A stretch of 64,000 nt of DNA from Balanoglossus misakiensis (taxonomy: Eukaryota; Animalia; Hemichordata). The translations under genes and the position numbers were made by a program. The stretch's first letter is position 1. Every line of letters starts with the position of its first letter. The notes under the pieces were generated by a model, which did not search any database, was not told the DNA's origin, and saw only the letters and a list, made by a program, of their open reading frames with translations. The stretch spans positions 4,147,025 through 4,211,024 of the forward strand of contig CM082596.2 in assembly GCA_040954595.2 (NCBI GenBank), in the 5' to 3' direction. Shown here piece by piece: positions 12,411 to 26,800 of the stretch.

Positions 12411-15400
12411 CCGAGAGACAATAGATAATTATGCCTGCTTGGTCTAGAATTAAAGGAAAAAATATGGAAAAATGTGTGAAAATGATAAAAATGTCGCAGA
12501 CGTACATGACAGGTGAACATGTATGAGAATGGCAGAAAGCGAGCATCTTCATGCACTCTCAATGACCCTGATGGCCTCATGAGGTATATAGAGTCTCATG
12601 TGGAGAGAGCAATCTAGAGCTTGGTAGCTAATCAGAGCAAGTAATAGGATGAAACCACTGTAAGCTAGCTCGCAAGTCTTCCGATATTGCGCTTTTAAAT
12701 CTATTGGCTGTCTGATTGGCAGTGCCAATCACTGGCACGTAAATGTTAGGGCCCATGCAGCGATTGCCGCACGACTAAAGGTAAAAGTTTGGAGAAATAT
12801 CCAAGAAAGGTTGACATAAAGATTTATAGACACCCACGCTACCGGTAATCTGATGAAAGTTATAACAAGGAAAAGTTGACCCATGATCCTGTCTTGTTTT
12901 AAACGTCACTTGTGTTTGTTTTATAATAATCAAAGTCTGTACAGAAAAAATGGAAATGAAGCAATAAGTGACGGAAAGTTTGGCAATGATTTGTTTGATG
13001 TTGTAACATCCTAGATCAAGGTGCCTATCACACCATGTCCTGCTTCATTTCTTTCAATCAAATGTACATTATGGTGGATCTCTAAAAATTGTCTGGCTCA
13101 GGTGTTGAAATTTCTGGCGCCAAAGTCCACAGTCACGACTCATGTCTTTTGATAGCAAAGCTCTCACCACTCAGCTATGAATCAACGCTAAGTCCCATCG
13201 GGTCACTATCACCATGCATTAGTCGCCACTTTGCGAGATTTACACCGACTGCCAGCTATTGTCCCGGTATCCTATGACATCATCACTGATTGATGTGATA
13301 ATGTCATCACATCAAAAGCAAGCGATATGATAGTATCACTACTGAAAGTACAACCGAACACTTGACTTCTATGTTAAGGTAAAGTACGAGCCTCTGGAAC
13401 AAATTCCAGAAGAAAAAAAATTGAAGTTCTGGAACCATAAGAAGGAGATCACTTGCAACAATGCTCTGGATGCCTTCACTGAATTTCACCGGCTAAAACA
13501 TAAACAAACAGTCACACACATAAAAGAAAAATACCAGCAAAATGTTTTATTTCACAAGCACAGTTAGTTTCAATTTATGTTAAACAATTCACTTTCAAAA
13601 TCAAGAAAAGGCCAGTCATTACAGTGGTTATTTTGTAGAGGGGGAGGAAATGATCTCAACTTTTCCGTTATTTGGAAATTTTTATGACTACCGCTGATTT
13701 CCATTTCTGTACCGGGAATTAACCCTCGAACTCCAGAAGTCACTCATCTTCTCACCAGAGAGATCAGTGCTCTCCTGGCAATTCTCATCAAGCACCTGCA
13801 TCCTCTGGGTGTGTTTTGCACTTTGCAAGTTGACATGCATTCACTAGAGAACTCAAAGATACTTCAGTTCAAATTGCGCAAATAGCCTGGAGGTAACTGT
13901 TCCACTGAATAGCTACTTAACTGATAGGAAGGTTCGGATGACCCCAGGTCGAAGGTCATCCCCTGTGTCACCTCAACATGTCTCTGTTGGAGTATGTTAC
14001 TATGACAACAACCCTTTCGGGGGAAAGGATAAAGGAATTGAGGAAGTCACTGAGTATCACAGAATAATTTAAACGTTTTTGAAAGAATGAGCTGAAAATA
14101 TTAAATTTTAATCGAACATGCAGATCTGACAGAGCTTAAAAGCTGGACCTTCAGGACATGTTTCATTCAGAACACAACAGAAGCAATTGCCTTTCCATAT
14201 TTTGAATATTAATACAGTTCATTTATGCAAAGAAAAGATAATGATAAATTTCACTAGCTTGGCCTTGTGGAGAAAGCAATGGCAGAATTTTAAAACTTAT
14301 AATATTGATAAAATGCATTTGGTTCACTATAAATCAAACAATTCGGATAAAAATCAACAATACATTTTTCAGGCGTCAAGGAAACCCTAATGTGTCAGAA
14401 TATTTTATTCATAGTCAACAGTAACCTTACATACTGATAATTCAATTACAATCTTCCTCTATGGTATACAGCAGGTATATAGTGATGTATAAATGGCGTT
14501 GACATACAAGGTGAATAAGGCTATCTTTGCATTTCAATGCAACTTAACTTCAAGGTGAGATGAGATAGCATTTAGATACAATGCTGTTTCAACAGCTCAA
14601 CAAAATACATTGGAAATCAAACTGAATAAGCCAATTTATCGTACCAATATCAGTGATAAGAAATACGCGGCTTTGTTAAATGCTTAGATTAATATGGATT
14701 CTGTTTTGAAAAGACAGCGAAAAAGTGGGTTGGCGCATGTTAGGTGTTCAAGAGACTAGGGGGTGTGGGCTCTGCTAGTGCTAGTTCATAAAACCAGTGC
14801 TTCACATAGTGAGACAAACATTCAGCTATACATGATAATATTAGACAGCTGTATAAGATTGCAGAAAGTACTAGTGTAGGTACAAAATCATAATGAAAGA
14901 CCAAAACTTGTCCGACCCTTTTCCAGTGTGACCACAGGAATGAGTTTGAAAACCATCATTTTTCCAGCAAGACAAACTTTCTCGGTAATCCTGTTTTCTG
15001 TTGTTTACAAAATGCACAATAGAATCCATATTATCCAATCAGTCTGCCTGTTGTCACACCTCATTTCTTCTGTTGAAAATAAACATAAACTGAAGGACTT
15101 CAATACCTGATTTAGCCAAATTTCTGTAGGCAGCACAACAAAAACAAAACATAATAGCCCAAAATACAAGGTTAGCGTGAATGTTACCAAAAAACAAAAA
15201 CAAAACAGACACATGTTAAACCATGTGAAAATCTTATTTTCAAGGCTATATCTATTTTTAATTTCAATAGCAAACAATGTCAAGTATCAAGTATTAACAA
15301 ATTTTAACTCTGACTACAATATGGGGGCGAAACTTAAACAGTCCACTGTTTTATAAACTTTCCCATCAGACTTCCACCACTTTATTTATTAAACACTATA

Positions 15401-15807
15401 ACGCTGTCATCTCTCTGAACACAGAGTGCCACGCTGCATCTGACATCAACATGAACAGATGCTGCATGTACCGTATGTCAGGAAACACAGACCATGTCAT
15501 CTACCCGAATAACGTAACAACAAAATGGCATAAAACATTCACTCACAGATGACAATATTAGGTAACACTATACAGCTGTATTAACATACTATTATTGTTG
15601 GTCTTAATTTTTTTTAATTTGGATCATTTTTATACATCCATCATAACCATATGCCCTATTTTTCATCAACGCATTTCTAGCAAAATACTTTTGTATTCGG
15701 CGCATCAGATGATGTATTTGTTTTCCAGTAGAATTACATGTGAGAGCTACATGCAGTCATGCATCCTTAAGTGGAGTGTTAATTAAATGCTCGGATCCCT
15801 GACTTAC

Positions 15808-15978
15808 AGTGCTAATGAGCACCGAGAATGATATAACGGACGTGTAATCTTTCTGCAGGCAGTGTGGATCATTGTGAATTGGTGAGAATATCAAAAGCCT
15901 TCTGTGTCGCGCTTGTTTTCGCGTGTGCATGCGGTAGAATGTATATATTCCACAGCTGAGGCTTGGGGAATCGGCCAC
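15808..15978 (-). CDS. Candidate symmetric internal exon, 171 nt, phase 0-0 (VADSPSLSCGIY...SVLIST)
   Basis: Acceptor ctttccttcgtatccacaag|, donor ACT|gtaagt, 57 open codons in phase 0, 344 nt downstream of the 16323 exon. Confidence 0.45.
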
Positions 15979-16322
15979 CTTGTGGATACGAAGGAAAGTG
16001 ACCAAAGAGGCACACGCATTAAATAGTTACAGCACTGCCTAAGCGATATTTGTATGGACAGATGCAGAAATAACAGGGACTTGGCAAGCCACTAATAGAA
16101 ATGTTTATATTATCATCCCCTGTATGATATATAAACAACAAAACTCTATTAACGCTGAGTTTTTAAAGTGAGAACAGCTGGTGGTTTTTGCTGTGATGTG
16201 TACGGTATGCATGCATCCGACACAGTTGGGGCAAAAGACTATAGGATACCGGGCCCCTCCCCCCCTGGGATCACCACTGGTGAAAAAAATCAATGGATAG
16301 AAGATGTGAGTGACACACATAC

Positions 16323-16376
16323 CTGATCATTGACGGAAGCTTCAGACTGCGGTAGGGAATGAGACTTGAGATCCAT
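16323..16376 (-). CDS. Candidate alternative first coding exon (MDLKSHSLPQSEASVNDQ), phase 0
   Basis: Strong Kozak GCCATGG, 18 codons, donor CAG|gtatgt; CpG-rich patch at 16.4-16.9 kb upstream. Confidence 0.6.
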
Positions 16377-16479
16377 GGCAACCGATGCAAAGTTGTAGCG
16401 AGTAACCCACTAGTTGGAAAAAATAACTGGCTGGAATTTTTTGGTCTCAGAAAAAAAGATATAAAAAGTGCAACTTAAT

Positions 16480-16820
16480 ATTCACCCACGTTGGTACGCA
16501 CGCACACACGCACGCTCGTACACAGAGTAGCGTTTGCCTGAGTGACCTCAAACCTGTCATTCAGCAGTGCTCCGCTGTACGGTAGTCTCTTCCAACCACT
16601 GCCTGAGTGGGAGAATGGACTGGACCTGAGCACCCAACGCTGGCAGCGCACATTTGCATGCATTTGCATATTAATATGCGACGAATTCCATATTTGGTCG
16701 GGGCTTAGTGAATTCAGCGGGCAAATTTAGAACGGCGACTGCCAGCAGATGATGGTGATGCTCTCGCTTCAAACAGACATCTCTTCTCCGCCCTGTTACA
16801 AAAATAGCCTGCCGAGTTTT
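16480..16820 (-). promoter_or_regulatory. Putative internal promoter with tandem octamer motifs
   Basis: Local CpG/GC enrichment; ATTTGCAT at 16652-16659 and 16662-16669; GC box-like CCGCCC near 16788. Confidence 0.35.
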
Positions 16821-17493
16821 TGTCTGATTTCTGAATTTCGTACATTAGCATAACAACGAAACAGTCGATGTTACGTTCATTAAAAAAAGATAAACCATTC
16901 TTTAAACAAGGTCACTACCACAAACAGACATTCTCATATTTTGTTTCATTATGGAACAAATTCAGAAATTATAATCCTACCACAAAACAACATCTGTGAA
17001 CCAAAATTAGTAATATTTCTGTTCATGCTACCAGTTTTGTTTTTATTAGTATAGTTCCCAATCGCAATTAGGCACTTCTGTATTCTATGGTTTCATGCAT
17101 GTTTTTTTTAAAGTTTCATTTCCCTTGGAAAATTGTACACCTCAGAGTGCCTGCTGTCCTTGTGAACATCAAGACTGTATACAAATACCATTGTTACTAT
17201 TGGGAAATGACTTTAATGCTCAGTCATGTACTCAAACTTCAACAATAACTAATGACTACATGCATACATGTATATTACACATATGGGCCATGTCGATGGG
17301 CTACTGTATAATTGTGATCAAATGACAAAACTTAGAACTCTGCACATGTTTGAGGATGACCTCTGATGCCCTTTGTGCTTCGACCAAAAGCCTCAAGACA
17401 ATGTCATCCACAGCAGATTTCCATAGACATTGTACTGGTATTGTTGTTAGTGGTCTGCGCACGACAAGCTGCTTTCAGCATACCTACATGTAT

Positions 17494-17586
17494 TTAACCC
17501 TTTCACCCCCAGTTCCCTGTATAGAGGTCCGACCTTTCCCTAGAAAACAATGGGTTTGGACTGAACCGTGGTAATGAAAGGGTGAA
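17494..17586. mobile_element. Second, inverted copy of the piggyBac-type MITE
   Basis: Reverse complement aligns with 5411-5502 over its full length; left TTAA intact, right TSD mutated to TGAA. Confidence 0.85.
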
Positions 17587-17909
17587 CTACACTGCAGAAT
17601 AATAACAGTGCATGAAGTGGATTGTCATCATGATATGCTTCAGTACATTTGCCTGACGCAAGCCATATCATGGAACTTCAAAACAACCCTGTCACCTGAG
17701 TGTGCATGTTTTAACCTGTTCAGGAGCTTCACACATACATGTACACAGCTCAAGACAATTGCATTTCTTTTGTTTTTTAAACATATCAGGTGGTTTACTG
17801 CTCGAGGTGAAGTCGAACCCTGCACTTCAATAAAGTCACGTTCAAAACATTGATTACAACATGTACATGCTGCACAGCAAAACTTTTTTACAAACAATAG
17901 CATTCTCAC

Positions 17910-17966
17910 CTTGGTCTCTACCTCGCCCTGCTTGTATCCCATCTTGTTTGCCAAATACGAAAACAT
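17910..17966 (-). CDS. Candidate alternative first coding exon (MFSYLANK-MGYKQGEVETK), phase 0
   Basis: In-frame ATGs at 17966 and 17942 (AAGATGG), donor AAG|gtgaga at 17909-17908. Confidence 0.55.
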
Positions 17967-18194
17967 CAGTGTTTTGGGGACGGGGATGTAGGCGGCGTCT
18001 ATAACCCCTACCACTCCCAGTAAAGCAAATATACAGAGTGCAACGTGACTCTATTTTTTAATATAGCGGTAAATGCAACTTCACAAATCAGTGAAGTTAT
18101 GCTGCCGCCATGCATGTTGGGATACTAGTGCGTGCCATTATTTTTCGGATTTGTATGGGCAACTGGTCAGCAGCAATCAAAGATTGATTTCGGT

Positions 18195-18274
18195 GATAAA
18201 ATGTTCATGGCATAAACTTTTTTTCTTAATTAAGGATAAAATGTCCATGGCATAAACTTCTTCTCTTAATTAAC
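18195..18274. repeat. Two-copy 40-bp tandem duplication
   Basis: gataaaatgttcatggcataaactttttttcttaattaag followed by gataaaatgtccatggcataaacttcttctcttaattaac. Confidence 0.8.
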
Positions 18275-18701
18275 TCGCTTTTTTTGACTCGTATTCTCGC
18301 TCAGCAACAGCTGACAGAAATTCAGTTTTAGTGAAGGTCCTTTCCTGAATTTTGCAGAAAGCTGTCGCATAATCTTCATGGCACAAGGTCTGGCCAAGTT
18401 GCGTTAATTGTGTAAATCCTACGTAATGCACTGGGGCTAATGCATTATTGGTTTCTTTAGAATAATGAAATCAGCCGTCAGCCGGTTAGGTTCCAATAGA
18501 TGCAGTGATGCGTAGCAATGACACGGATAGGACACTATTGTCAACATGAATGTGGCTTTTGTTTGCTCAGGGAGAAACTGGGTCCATTCAAAATCCGGGG
18601 GTTGTCAAAAGGTATTGCCTGAGACCTCACAATAGGCGATAAACCACCATTGGTTGCACTGAGTCGATCAGGTCATAAAATAAACCTGTTAACAAACTCA
18701 C

Positions 18702-18754
18702 CCAGAAAATCGATAGACATAACATCATCAAACAAGTTGCAGGTCCATCTGTAC
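18702..18754 (-). other. Possible 53-nt exon ending MMLCLSIFW in phase 0
   Basis: Acceptor attatttcag|, donor TGG|gtgagt, ATG at 18728; short pyrimidine tract. Confidence 0.3.
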
Positions 18755-21430
18755 CTGAAATAATACTTACAAATTGTACATACATGCATCAAGTTAATTT
18801 AAGAATTACATTTATACAGTGTCTTTTACAATTTTTCATACTGTTGTCTTGGAAGCTATTCAGGGCCAAAACCCTGAATAATTTGCACAGGTGAAAAAAA
18901 ATCTCACATTTGAGACTGCCCCTGAAAACAAACAGTTAGACAAATGACGATATGAACAATCTGTGTAGCCTAAGTTACATTTGACGTCATACTTCAAGGG
19001 CATAGAAATCGTTATTAACATATCCTGTTGTATTTGTTCTGCACAGAATTAATGCAGAGGCCTTATCTTTGTCTGGCAAAATTTTGCTCAAGGGAGTTTA
19101 ACTTAGGAGAGCAAGCAAGCGGTATTGAGAATCTTAGTTCAGCAAACATTTCAGCAAGGACAATCAGAAACAGGCCCATCCTGACTATACACGTACTAGT
19201 TATCCATCTCTGGCCAAAAATAGAACCAGAATACTATTTGCATTTAACTAACTGTATGATAAACCATATACAATGTACATAGACTTGCCATATACACACT
19301 CTGCCTATTCATCTATTTTCTTGTATTTTTGAAATGTACATAGCCAAGCGAAGCTAATTACATCTTCAGTGAAACTAATGATTATGCAAAATTCATTTCC
19401 TGGAAATTACCAAATATTGAACCGGAAGCAAACTGTAAAGACAAAAACAGTATTATGTCTTGAATTATTCATCAATTTAATTTGTTGCACACAATAAAAC
19501 CACCAAAGAGACTGAAATCAGCTTCTTTCGAAAACTAAATATCATGGCCAGGGAATATTTTGTGTGTGGTTAGTTGCATATTTTATGAGAGAATTTGTTA
19601 AATTTGTTCATCTTAGGACATGATTTTATTTCACTCCAACCTCCACCAGTATCACACGAACCATAAAGCTGTCTCTCAACTGAGGATCCAATGGGAAAAG
19701 TAGTTTGAACTGTCAGTCCAATTCAAACAATGCCATGAGGATCTGAAATTACCCTTCAATATTGAAAAGAACAGTATTCCTGACGTTGAAAATTTAACAG
19801 CTTTTATGGACGTTACTCTCATTTCCCTGTTAAATTATGTAAAAGTACCTCATTTGCTCTGGAATGCAAAATCGCGAAATAATGCAAGAGAGCAAAACAC
19901 TTGTTGCTATGGTAACAGTGCACTTCATCCAGAATGATATGCTGAGCAAGATGCCTTTGTCATGGATTTGGGTGAAGAAATTCTGATGGGTTATGTCACG
20001 CACGGAATCACATCTTGACAGTGTGACAACAGACTCATCTCCCAGCTGGGACCGACAAAAGTCGTAACGAGACAAGTTTTATCATTAAAGCAGAGGGGAA
20101 GTCATAATTTTTATGATTAATGACAGTGTTCAATACATTTCCAGAAAGTCAAGAGAGCCTGTGTGTTTGCAGGGCTTCCATTAACCCACTTAAGCAATGA
20201 AAAAAATATCACAATTCAATTTCGTTGCGCCAGTAGGTAATTACAGGAAGGAACACGAGTCAGTATGTAGCTTACTTTTATGACATTGTGAAAATTTGAA
20301 CAGACAAAACATTGATTACTTGGATCTGAAAAAAACTGCACATGGTGATTATACTCTGATAAGAAGAAGCGTACATTGTATATGCCAAGATTGCATGTAA
20401 AGATACAAACGCAATAAATAATACAGATATCAATATGATAACTTCAATATAAGGTCAAGTTTTTTCCACATGGGCTTTTCTTCATTAATTACATGTACCG
20501 GTAGTTCTTTGCTTGAAGGTCATGTATGTTAATCTGCATTCAAAACCATGAATGGTGGATTTTTCTATTTTGGAACCAGAATTCTGTGAACGGCTTTGCA
20601 TCTGTTTGTGTGTGCTAAATTTACAAGGCTGTTCTATGAAAGCCAACAAATTTAAATACTAGTATATGTTTTGTCTTGAACGATACAAGTTCAGATATGA
20701 ACTATATGTAGGAATGTATTTCAACTGGCAACGGCACACACATACAAATCGGACACACATCACACATCGACTATTACATCGTCCCGATAAAAATGATCCA
20801 CTGTAAAACGAGACACTATCAAACCAGACACCACTATGGTACATGTCCGTCTTCTTTTCATTCTTCTTTCAAATTGAACAAGACGGCTCTTCCCGTCCAA
20901 TTTGCATCTGAATTTTCACACAGCTGCAAACTGTCAGACTCCAGTTTTCCTCCTTTAGTCACAAACATCACACTTGTCTACATGCAGACACTTTGACTTC
21001 CGCACTGACATTCATTTACAATGAAATCCCAGGCTTTAAATGCCCAAAATTACAGCGAACTCATATAGTAACCAGAAAACAGTCTAACCACTCTTAAATC
21101 AATCTCTTTACAAGCTGTTTTCATTCAGCAAAACTTCAAAATTGCACGATACGGTAGTTCTCACATGCACATTTTAACTAATGTTAACATGTCTTTACCA
21201 TATCGTACATGTAGGTGAAATAACAACAGTGTTTAAATTGAACAATTCACACATTGTAGCTACAACTGAAGGTTACGACCTTTAAAGGTATCTGTAAATT
21301 GCACATGAATGCTGTCAACAGTGAACATTTTCTCTAGTGGGATACCTTCCACTCTCTTGAACCCACAAAAGTCTTGGATTCTACTAATTGTGACATTTCC
21401 ACTTTGCCAGAGATGAACGCGTGAACTTAC

Positions 21431-21517
21431 ATGGTGAAAAAGCTCACTGGCGCGACAAGATAGATGGAAGGGATTGGCCGAGAGGATGAAATTAACATCA
21501 TCAATCACTGTCACCAT
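21431..21517 (-). CDS. Candidate alternative first coding exon (MVTVIDDVNF...SELFHH), phase 0
   Basis: ATG in GACATGG context (further in-frame ATG at 21592), open frame to donor CAT|gtaagt at 21430-21429. Confidence 0.4.
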
Positions 21518-23609
21518 GTCAACTGATTCACTTAAACAAATACTGGCTGAAAAGGCGCTGATGATACATGTAAAATGAACCGCAAAGAGCATCAATTAGG
21601 CAATTTTGTTCGTCATTGGTATATTTTCTGGGAGGGTTGGAAATACAATCTCAAACTCTCGCAACAGGCCAACCGCAAATTTGCAACTGCAGAACAAGCC
21701 TTTTAACAACTTCAAAGTATTCATGCAGAGACTGCAGCCTGAAAGTGTAATTATATTGAAGTGTTTCAAAATCACTGCAAATTGCATTAGCATTTCGTGA
21801 AATGGCTAGTCTGATCTGTCGGCACGCAAGAGGTCATTACGCACAGGTCAAGAATGAAACTGCCAACACGTCAGTGTGACTAGCACATTCTCAAACAGCT
21901 AAGACCAACACCAGCCTTACACTCAAATCTTATCATGCCCTCTGGTATAATGTACCATGTATGCTAACTGGCTGAATGCATTAGTATTTCAATAGTCTTA
22001 ATTGAATGTTTGCAAGAAGACAATACATCATTTATGAATAAAATCAATATCAAACAGTTAGCAATGATTAATTACCACATAAGCTCCTTAATTCCCCTAT
22101 TTTTTTATTATGCCACAAATAATCTGGTGCAAGTATTTCTAAATTTGCAGGCAACAAGGAAAGTGAAACAGATCTCTTCTGATTTCTAAATCTAAACTGC
22201 ACTCAACAAACAAACAAAATAACATGTTTATTTGTAAAAATTGATCTCCTAGTGAAGCAGATAGAAATAACAGCATAATTGTAACTGTAATAACACATAT
22301 CATGATGAACAATCTGCTAGAACTTTTATTATTCTCCCCTGATTTCACGTAATGATTGTCGGAGTCCCTGGCGACATTCCTCTACAATGTTAATGATTCC
22401 CCAGCTCCAACCTGCCTGTATCACGTACTAATAAATCACGTCATGTAAACTGTTACACATGCAAATATTTTTGCAGTAATTGACAACTGAATTTATGCGC
22501 CAATATATTAAGACCAATTAAAATCCAGGCCTCTTGCCTCACAAATGGAAAAGTCAAAATTTGATTGAATAACCAAATGACACCACTTCATTGACTCTCA
22601 AAAAAGCCACTTTTTTCATTATCCCTTGCGAATGCACCCGAACATCAACTTTGGCCTCAAGAGGGCAGCATACCCACTAAATCGGCCACTTCTCGTTATG
22701 ACGGTCCATTGAATGACATTTTCAGTAAAGGCAGAGGAATTCACAATTTCCCAGGAAAATTAATCCAATGAAATTAAGACGGATTCGGTTTTTGCTGTGA
22801 ACAGGGAAAACAAGAGAAACAGCATAGCCTACTACTGCATCTCAAAGATCTCAGTTTGTTGAATTCAGAACACATTGGCTTGCTCAAACTAATATTCTAA
22901 TTTCTCACCAAGTTAGTGCAGTGTAATCTACTGGCCAGTTTTAGCATTGACAAGTACAGAAGGTCAGGGATTATGCAAACTATTAGAATGTTTAATTAGC
23001 TCCAAGATATCTTCAGAGAATGCCCAATAAGAAAGGAAAGGCAGGCAAAAGTTAGAAACATAGGGCACTCCAAGAGTTCAAACTAAAGTATCTTTTGTTT
23101 TTATCCACATGGATATGGAATCGAGTGTGAACAGCCAGTATTTTTTCCAGGAACATTATTTATAAACCTGTATGATTGGCTTTTGATTAATGTTGTTATC
23201 AGGTTTCAAAATGAACTGTGTCATATTCATTTTTTTGCAATTTTATGGCGTTCATAAAATTTCAGCACAAAATTATTATAAAAAGTACTGTCAAAAGGGA
23301 GAATTATAACGGGACGCAAAAACAATTTGATTTTTCTAATTAAAAGATTCCCCAAGTTCACTGCAACCAGCTTGTAATGTGACCCATTCTGTCAAACTGG
23401 ATAATATTTGATGCAAAGCGCAAGATTGATGGCTATTTCTACTCCCACCGTACAGAGGATTTTTTTTTTTTATAAAATCAACTAATGAAAATGTATCCAC
23501 TTGAAATGACATGGTTGTGAGTCCCCAAAGTGAATGCGTTCTTTATTGTGCTCGGATGACATCAACATGTTTTGATGCGCATGATTTCCTGAGGGAGTCC
23601 CACGCTCAC

Positions 23610-23866
23610 CTGTGACAAATTCTACTCTCAGATACTGTGACCGAGAGAAACCACCCTTTGGGGGCCTGGTGGCGATTGTCCCTGTGTACTTTTCTCAACA
23701 TCCTTCACCCTGGATGTTTCTGCCATTTTTATTGGAGGGCCTCAAAATACATTTACTATTTCTACGGCTTTGTGAAAGTATAAATCAAGCTACAGTAGTA
23801 GGCTTTGCAGCAAATTGAAAGTGTTAGCCCGCACTCCAAAGAAAACAAAATTCACAATGCTGACAT
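23610..23866 (-). other. Candidate 257-nt 5'UTR-type internal exon
   Basis: Acceptor ...ttatgcaaatttaattttag|, strong donor CAG|gtgagc; contains a closed uORF (MAETSRV...HSI*) and an ATG frame ending in phase 2; phase-0 frame has a stop. Confidence 0.4.
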
Positions 23867-26800
23867 CTAAAATTAAATTTGCATAAACACGAAAAGGTTA
23901 CAAAAATACAAGACAGAGGTCTATTCTTAGCAGGTGGTGTCCATATCTGGCTGCAATCCAATTCTACAATATAGAAATCAATATTTGGAAAAGAAAGGAT
24001 TTTTACATGAGTACATCCAGACAACATGATAACAAAATACTGTTAATGGAGGTGCATAGACTCGCATATGATGTGCTACTGATGTTGTTTAACAGACAAT
24101 GATTTCTCAGCCACTGCATTGAAACAACAATCAGCTAAAATAACAGAGTTATACACGCATGTTTTTGATTTTTGTTGACATTTCAGAATGAGATAATTAT
24201 AATATTCGTCAATTCAAAACTTGGTAATCTGCTAAAATAACACTGTATGTTTGAATTATCCCACCTTTATTTTCAGAGTGATGTAAAATCTTTTAGAATT
24301 CAATATCTCCTACCAGATGTCCCCTTTTATAACAGGGAAACCATTCATGCATTTGTTAAGCCTACTATGAACACAACAAAATACACAGTGATGTTTTCTG
24401 TATTTCATATTTTCATTTCAAGTGAAAACAACAGCTATAACAGATCGAACATGTCACTGACTGACTGAGATGGAAATAACGCGAGTTTGGCCAGGCAGAG
24501 AGTCATGCATGTGAGTGGCCGACAGTCACCGACATCGGTAACTCGGTAGCGGTCCAAGTGGATCAGAAAAAGCAGATTAACATGTGTTTGCTCTGGCAGC
24601 AAACACACAATGAAACCGATCAATATTATTGGAGCAGAAGGTGCAACCTTTAATCTTTTTTCCCCAGTATAATTTCATCAGTTCTGCTCTAGTCAATACT
24701 GGGAATCCAGAAACAGAGACAAACCACAGTTTGCTGAAAGAGAATCTTTTCAAAATGAATACTTGGGCATCCTTCATTTCCCTATTAAAAGCCTCAGGTA
24801 GCAATAGACTCATTCATCAAGCTTAACAGATTCACCTTAATCTTCCAGATAATGGACCTAGTTTTGCTAATTACTATTCAGCTTACAAAAATAATTAGCC
24901 AAACTTTCACATAATAGAGTAAAGCTTTTACACTGAGTTGCAATTAACAGGGTCCCTCCTTGTCTCACCTGGGTATTAAAAGTATACCCACTTTTAACAG
25001 GAAACATAGTACAATCCAACATCTTACTATTCAGAGTTGGACTATTCCATTGACTAAATAGGGACAAGATGGAAAATCTGAACACACCGTTCTGGGGCAC
25101 AATGAAGTAGAATTCTCGGGTTCAACAGAGGGCATTTATGGACCATATTTCACATTGAATTATTGTCAAAATAAATAATGAATTAATGGCTCTACGGGTT
25201 TGCTGTTTTGTTGTCCTGCGTGAAAAACACACTTGTGCAGGGGACATCCATCAAGTTGGATCAATTTCCAATCAAGCTGCAACCCTTTTCGCTCGTATCC
25301 CATCGTATGATCAAACCAAAAGTGTTGCCACTTTATTAAACTGAAACAAATTTGAAGTGGACGTCTTTTTAAGCAATGAAAGATGGTTCCACAATTTGAA
25401 ATGCATCACACACAACCACCAAGAGCATATTTGGCAAGTGTACCAATTCTGGTTGTACATCAGAGAAACTACCGCCAGTTTATTTTCAGTGGTCCCCAAC
25501 ACATCATTGTTTAAAAGGTTAAGCGAGTTTCTCAACTGATAAAATGTGTAGAGGCAGGAATTAGCAATTTAATCTGTCACAAATAGCATCCAATTTCAAT
25601 CGTGCAAATATAGGTCAAACTGGTAACCTATATGCAGAAGAATTTCTGAATTTTGAGTGATTTTGCGCATATGGACCCTGTGATACACTTTAGGGCAAAG
25701 TGACCTTGAAACCTATTCTTTTTTTTATTCAAATCATATATATATGAAGCTCTAAAATTAGATATGATGTTACACCAGGCCAAATAATAGAACAGCTGGA
25801 ACATTATAGGGCTGGAAGATTCAACCAAATCCTGAAAATATTGACACCATATCATATTCAGACAGGCAAGTCAGTTAAAGCCAGACTGTAACCGCTTATG
25901 TCCATCACCATGACAACAGTAACCATCCAAGGGTCCTGATCTTAAGGACTTTTTTGCAGTTGATATGTTTGGAGAAAGCAGTTTGGTATTTCAGGATGTT
26001 TCATCCACATAGCCAACAGGGACACCAACATGTGTGTCGCGCCAGAAAACTGATTGCTATTCCACATATGGGGGTCAGTTGAGGTCAGGTCGCTGTGTAC
26101 TGCCACCAAAATGGAAACATAAATGATACACTGGGGGGTCAAAGGTTACAGATGGAATTACAAGACTGTGGACTGTATGTCTGTCCACCATGCCACCGTA
26201 CGAGACAAACGCAAGAATGCAAGAAAAGCAAATTCTAGCACATGTACAAGAATGTCTTCTTTGTGTTGACAAACCATTGTAGATTTGTTTGTTACTAAGC
26301 AAACACTTTTCTTTAACTTGTGTTTTCTGACATACATATGTTCTATTAGGTCTCCAATTGGTTGAATGTTTTGATATTCAGGAAATTCGTTCCATTTATC
26401 GGAAATACGGGGAGGAGAGCCTGGGTGAAATATGTGATCCTCCCAGTGAAAAATGAGCTGAATCTTATTTTTGGCATAATTTGTTAGATTTATGGTGGTA
26501 CTATCACACTGGCGTGAACCACAGTCACACCACAAGGCCTGTATTGCTCAGTGGAACTCCCCCCCCCCAATACAGACAACCAATCACAGGGGAGAAAACA
26601 GAAGGTGACATACATTTGTAAGGTCACTGCATTTCAAAATATAGCAGTCACAAGACCTGTCGGATGGCATCGCCAAAAGCAACAACCCAGAGATATAATA
26701 CTAGCAGGCTGACAAGCACATAAAACGCTTACAGAACTATGAAAAAAAATTAACAAGGACCTCAAAAAAATTTCTTGCACATGTTAACACTTTCCAAAAA

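Noticed and set aside
26158-26535. 125-aa ORF
   Set aside because: No convincing flanking splice sites or domain; consistent with chance.
26733-26736. Apparent 4-nt exon tttttttcatag|TTCT|gtaagc
   Set aside because: Not frame-preserving and weak donor context; likely chance.
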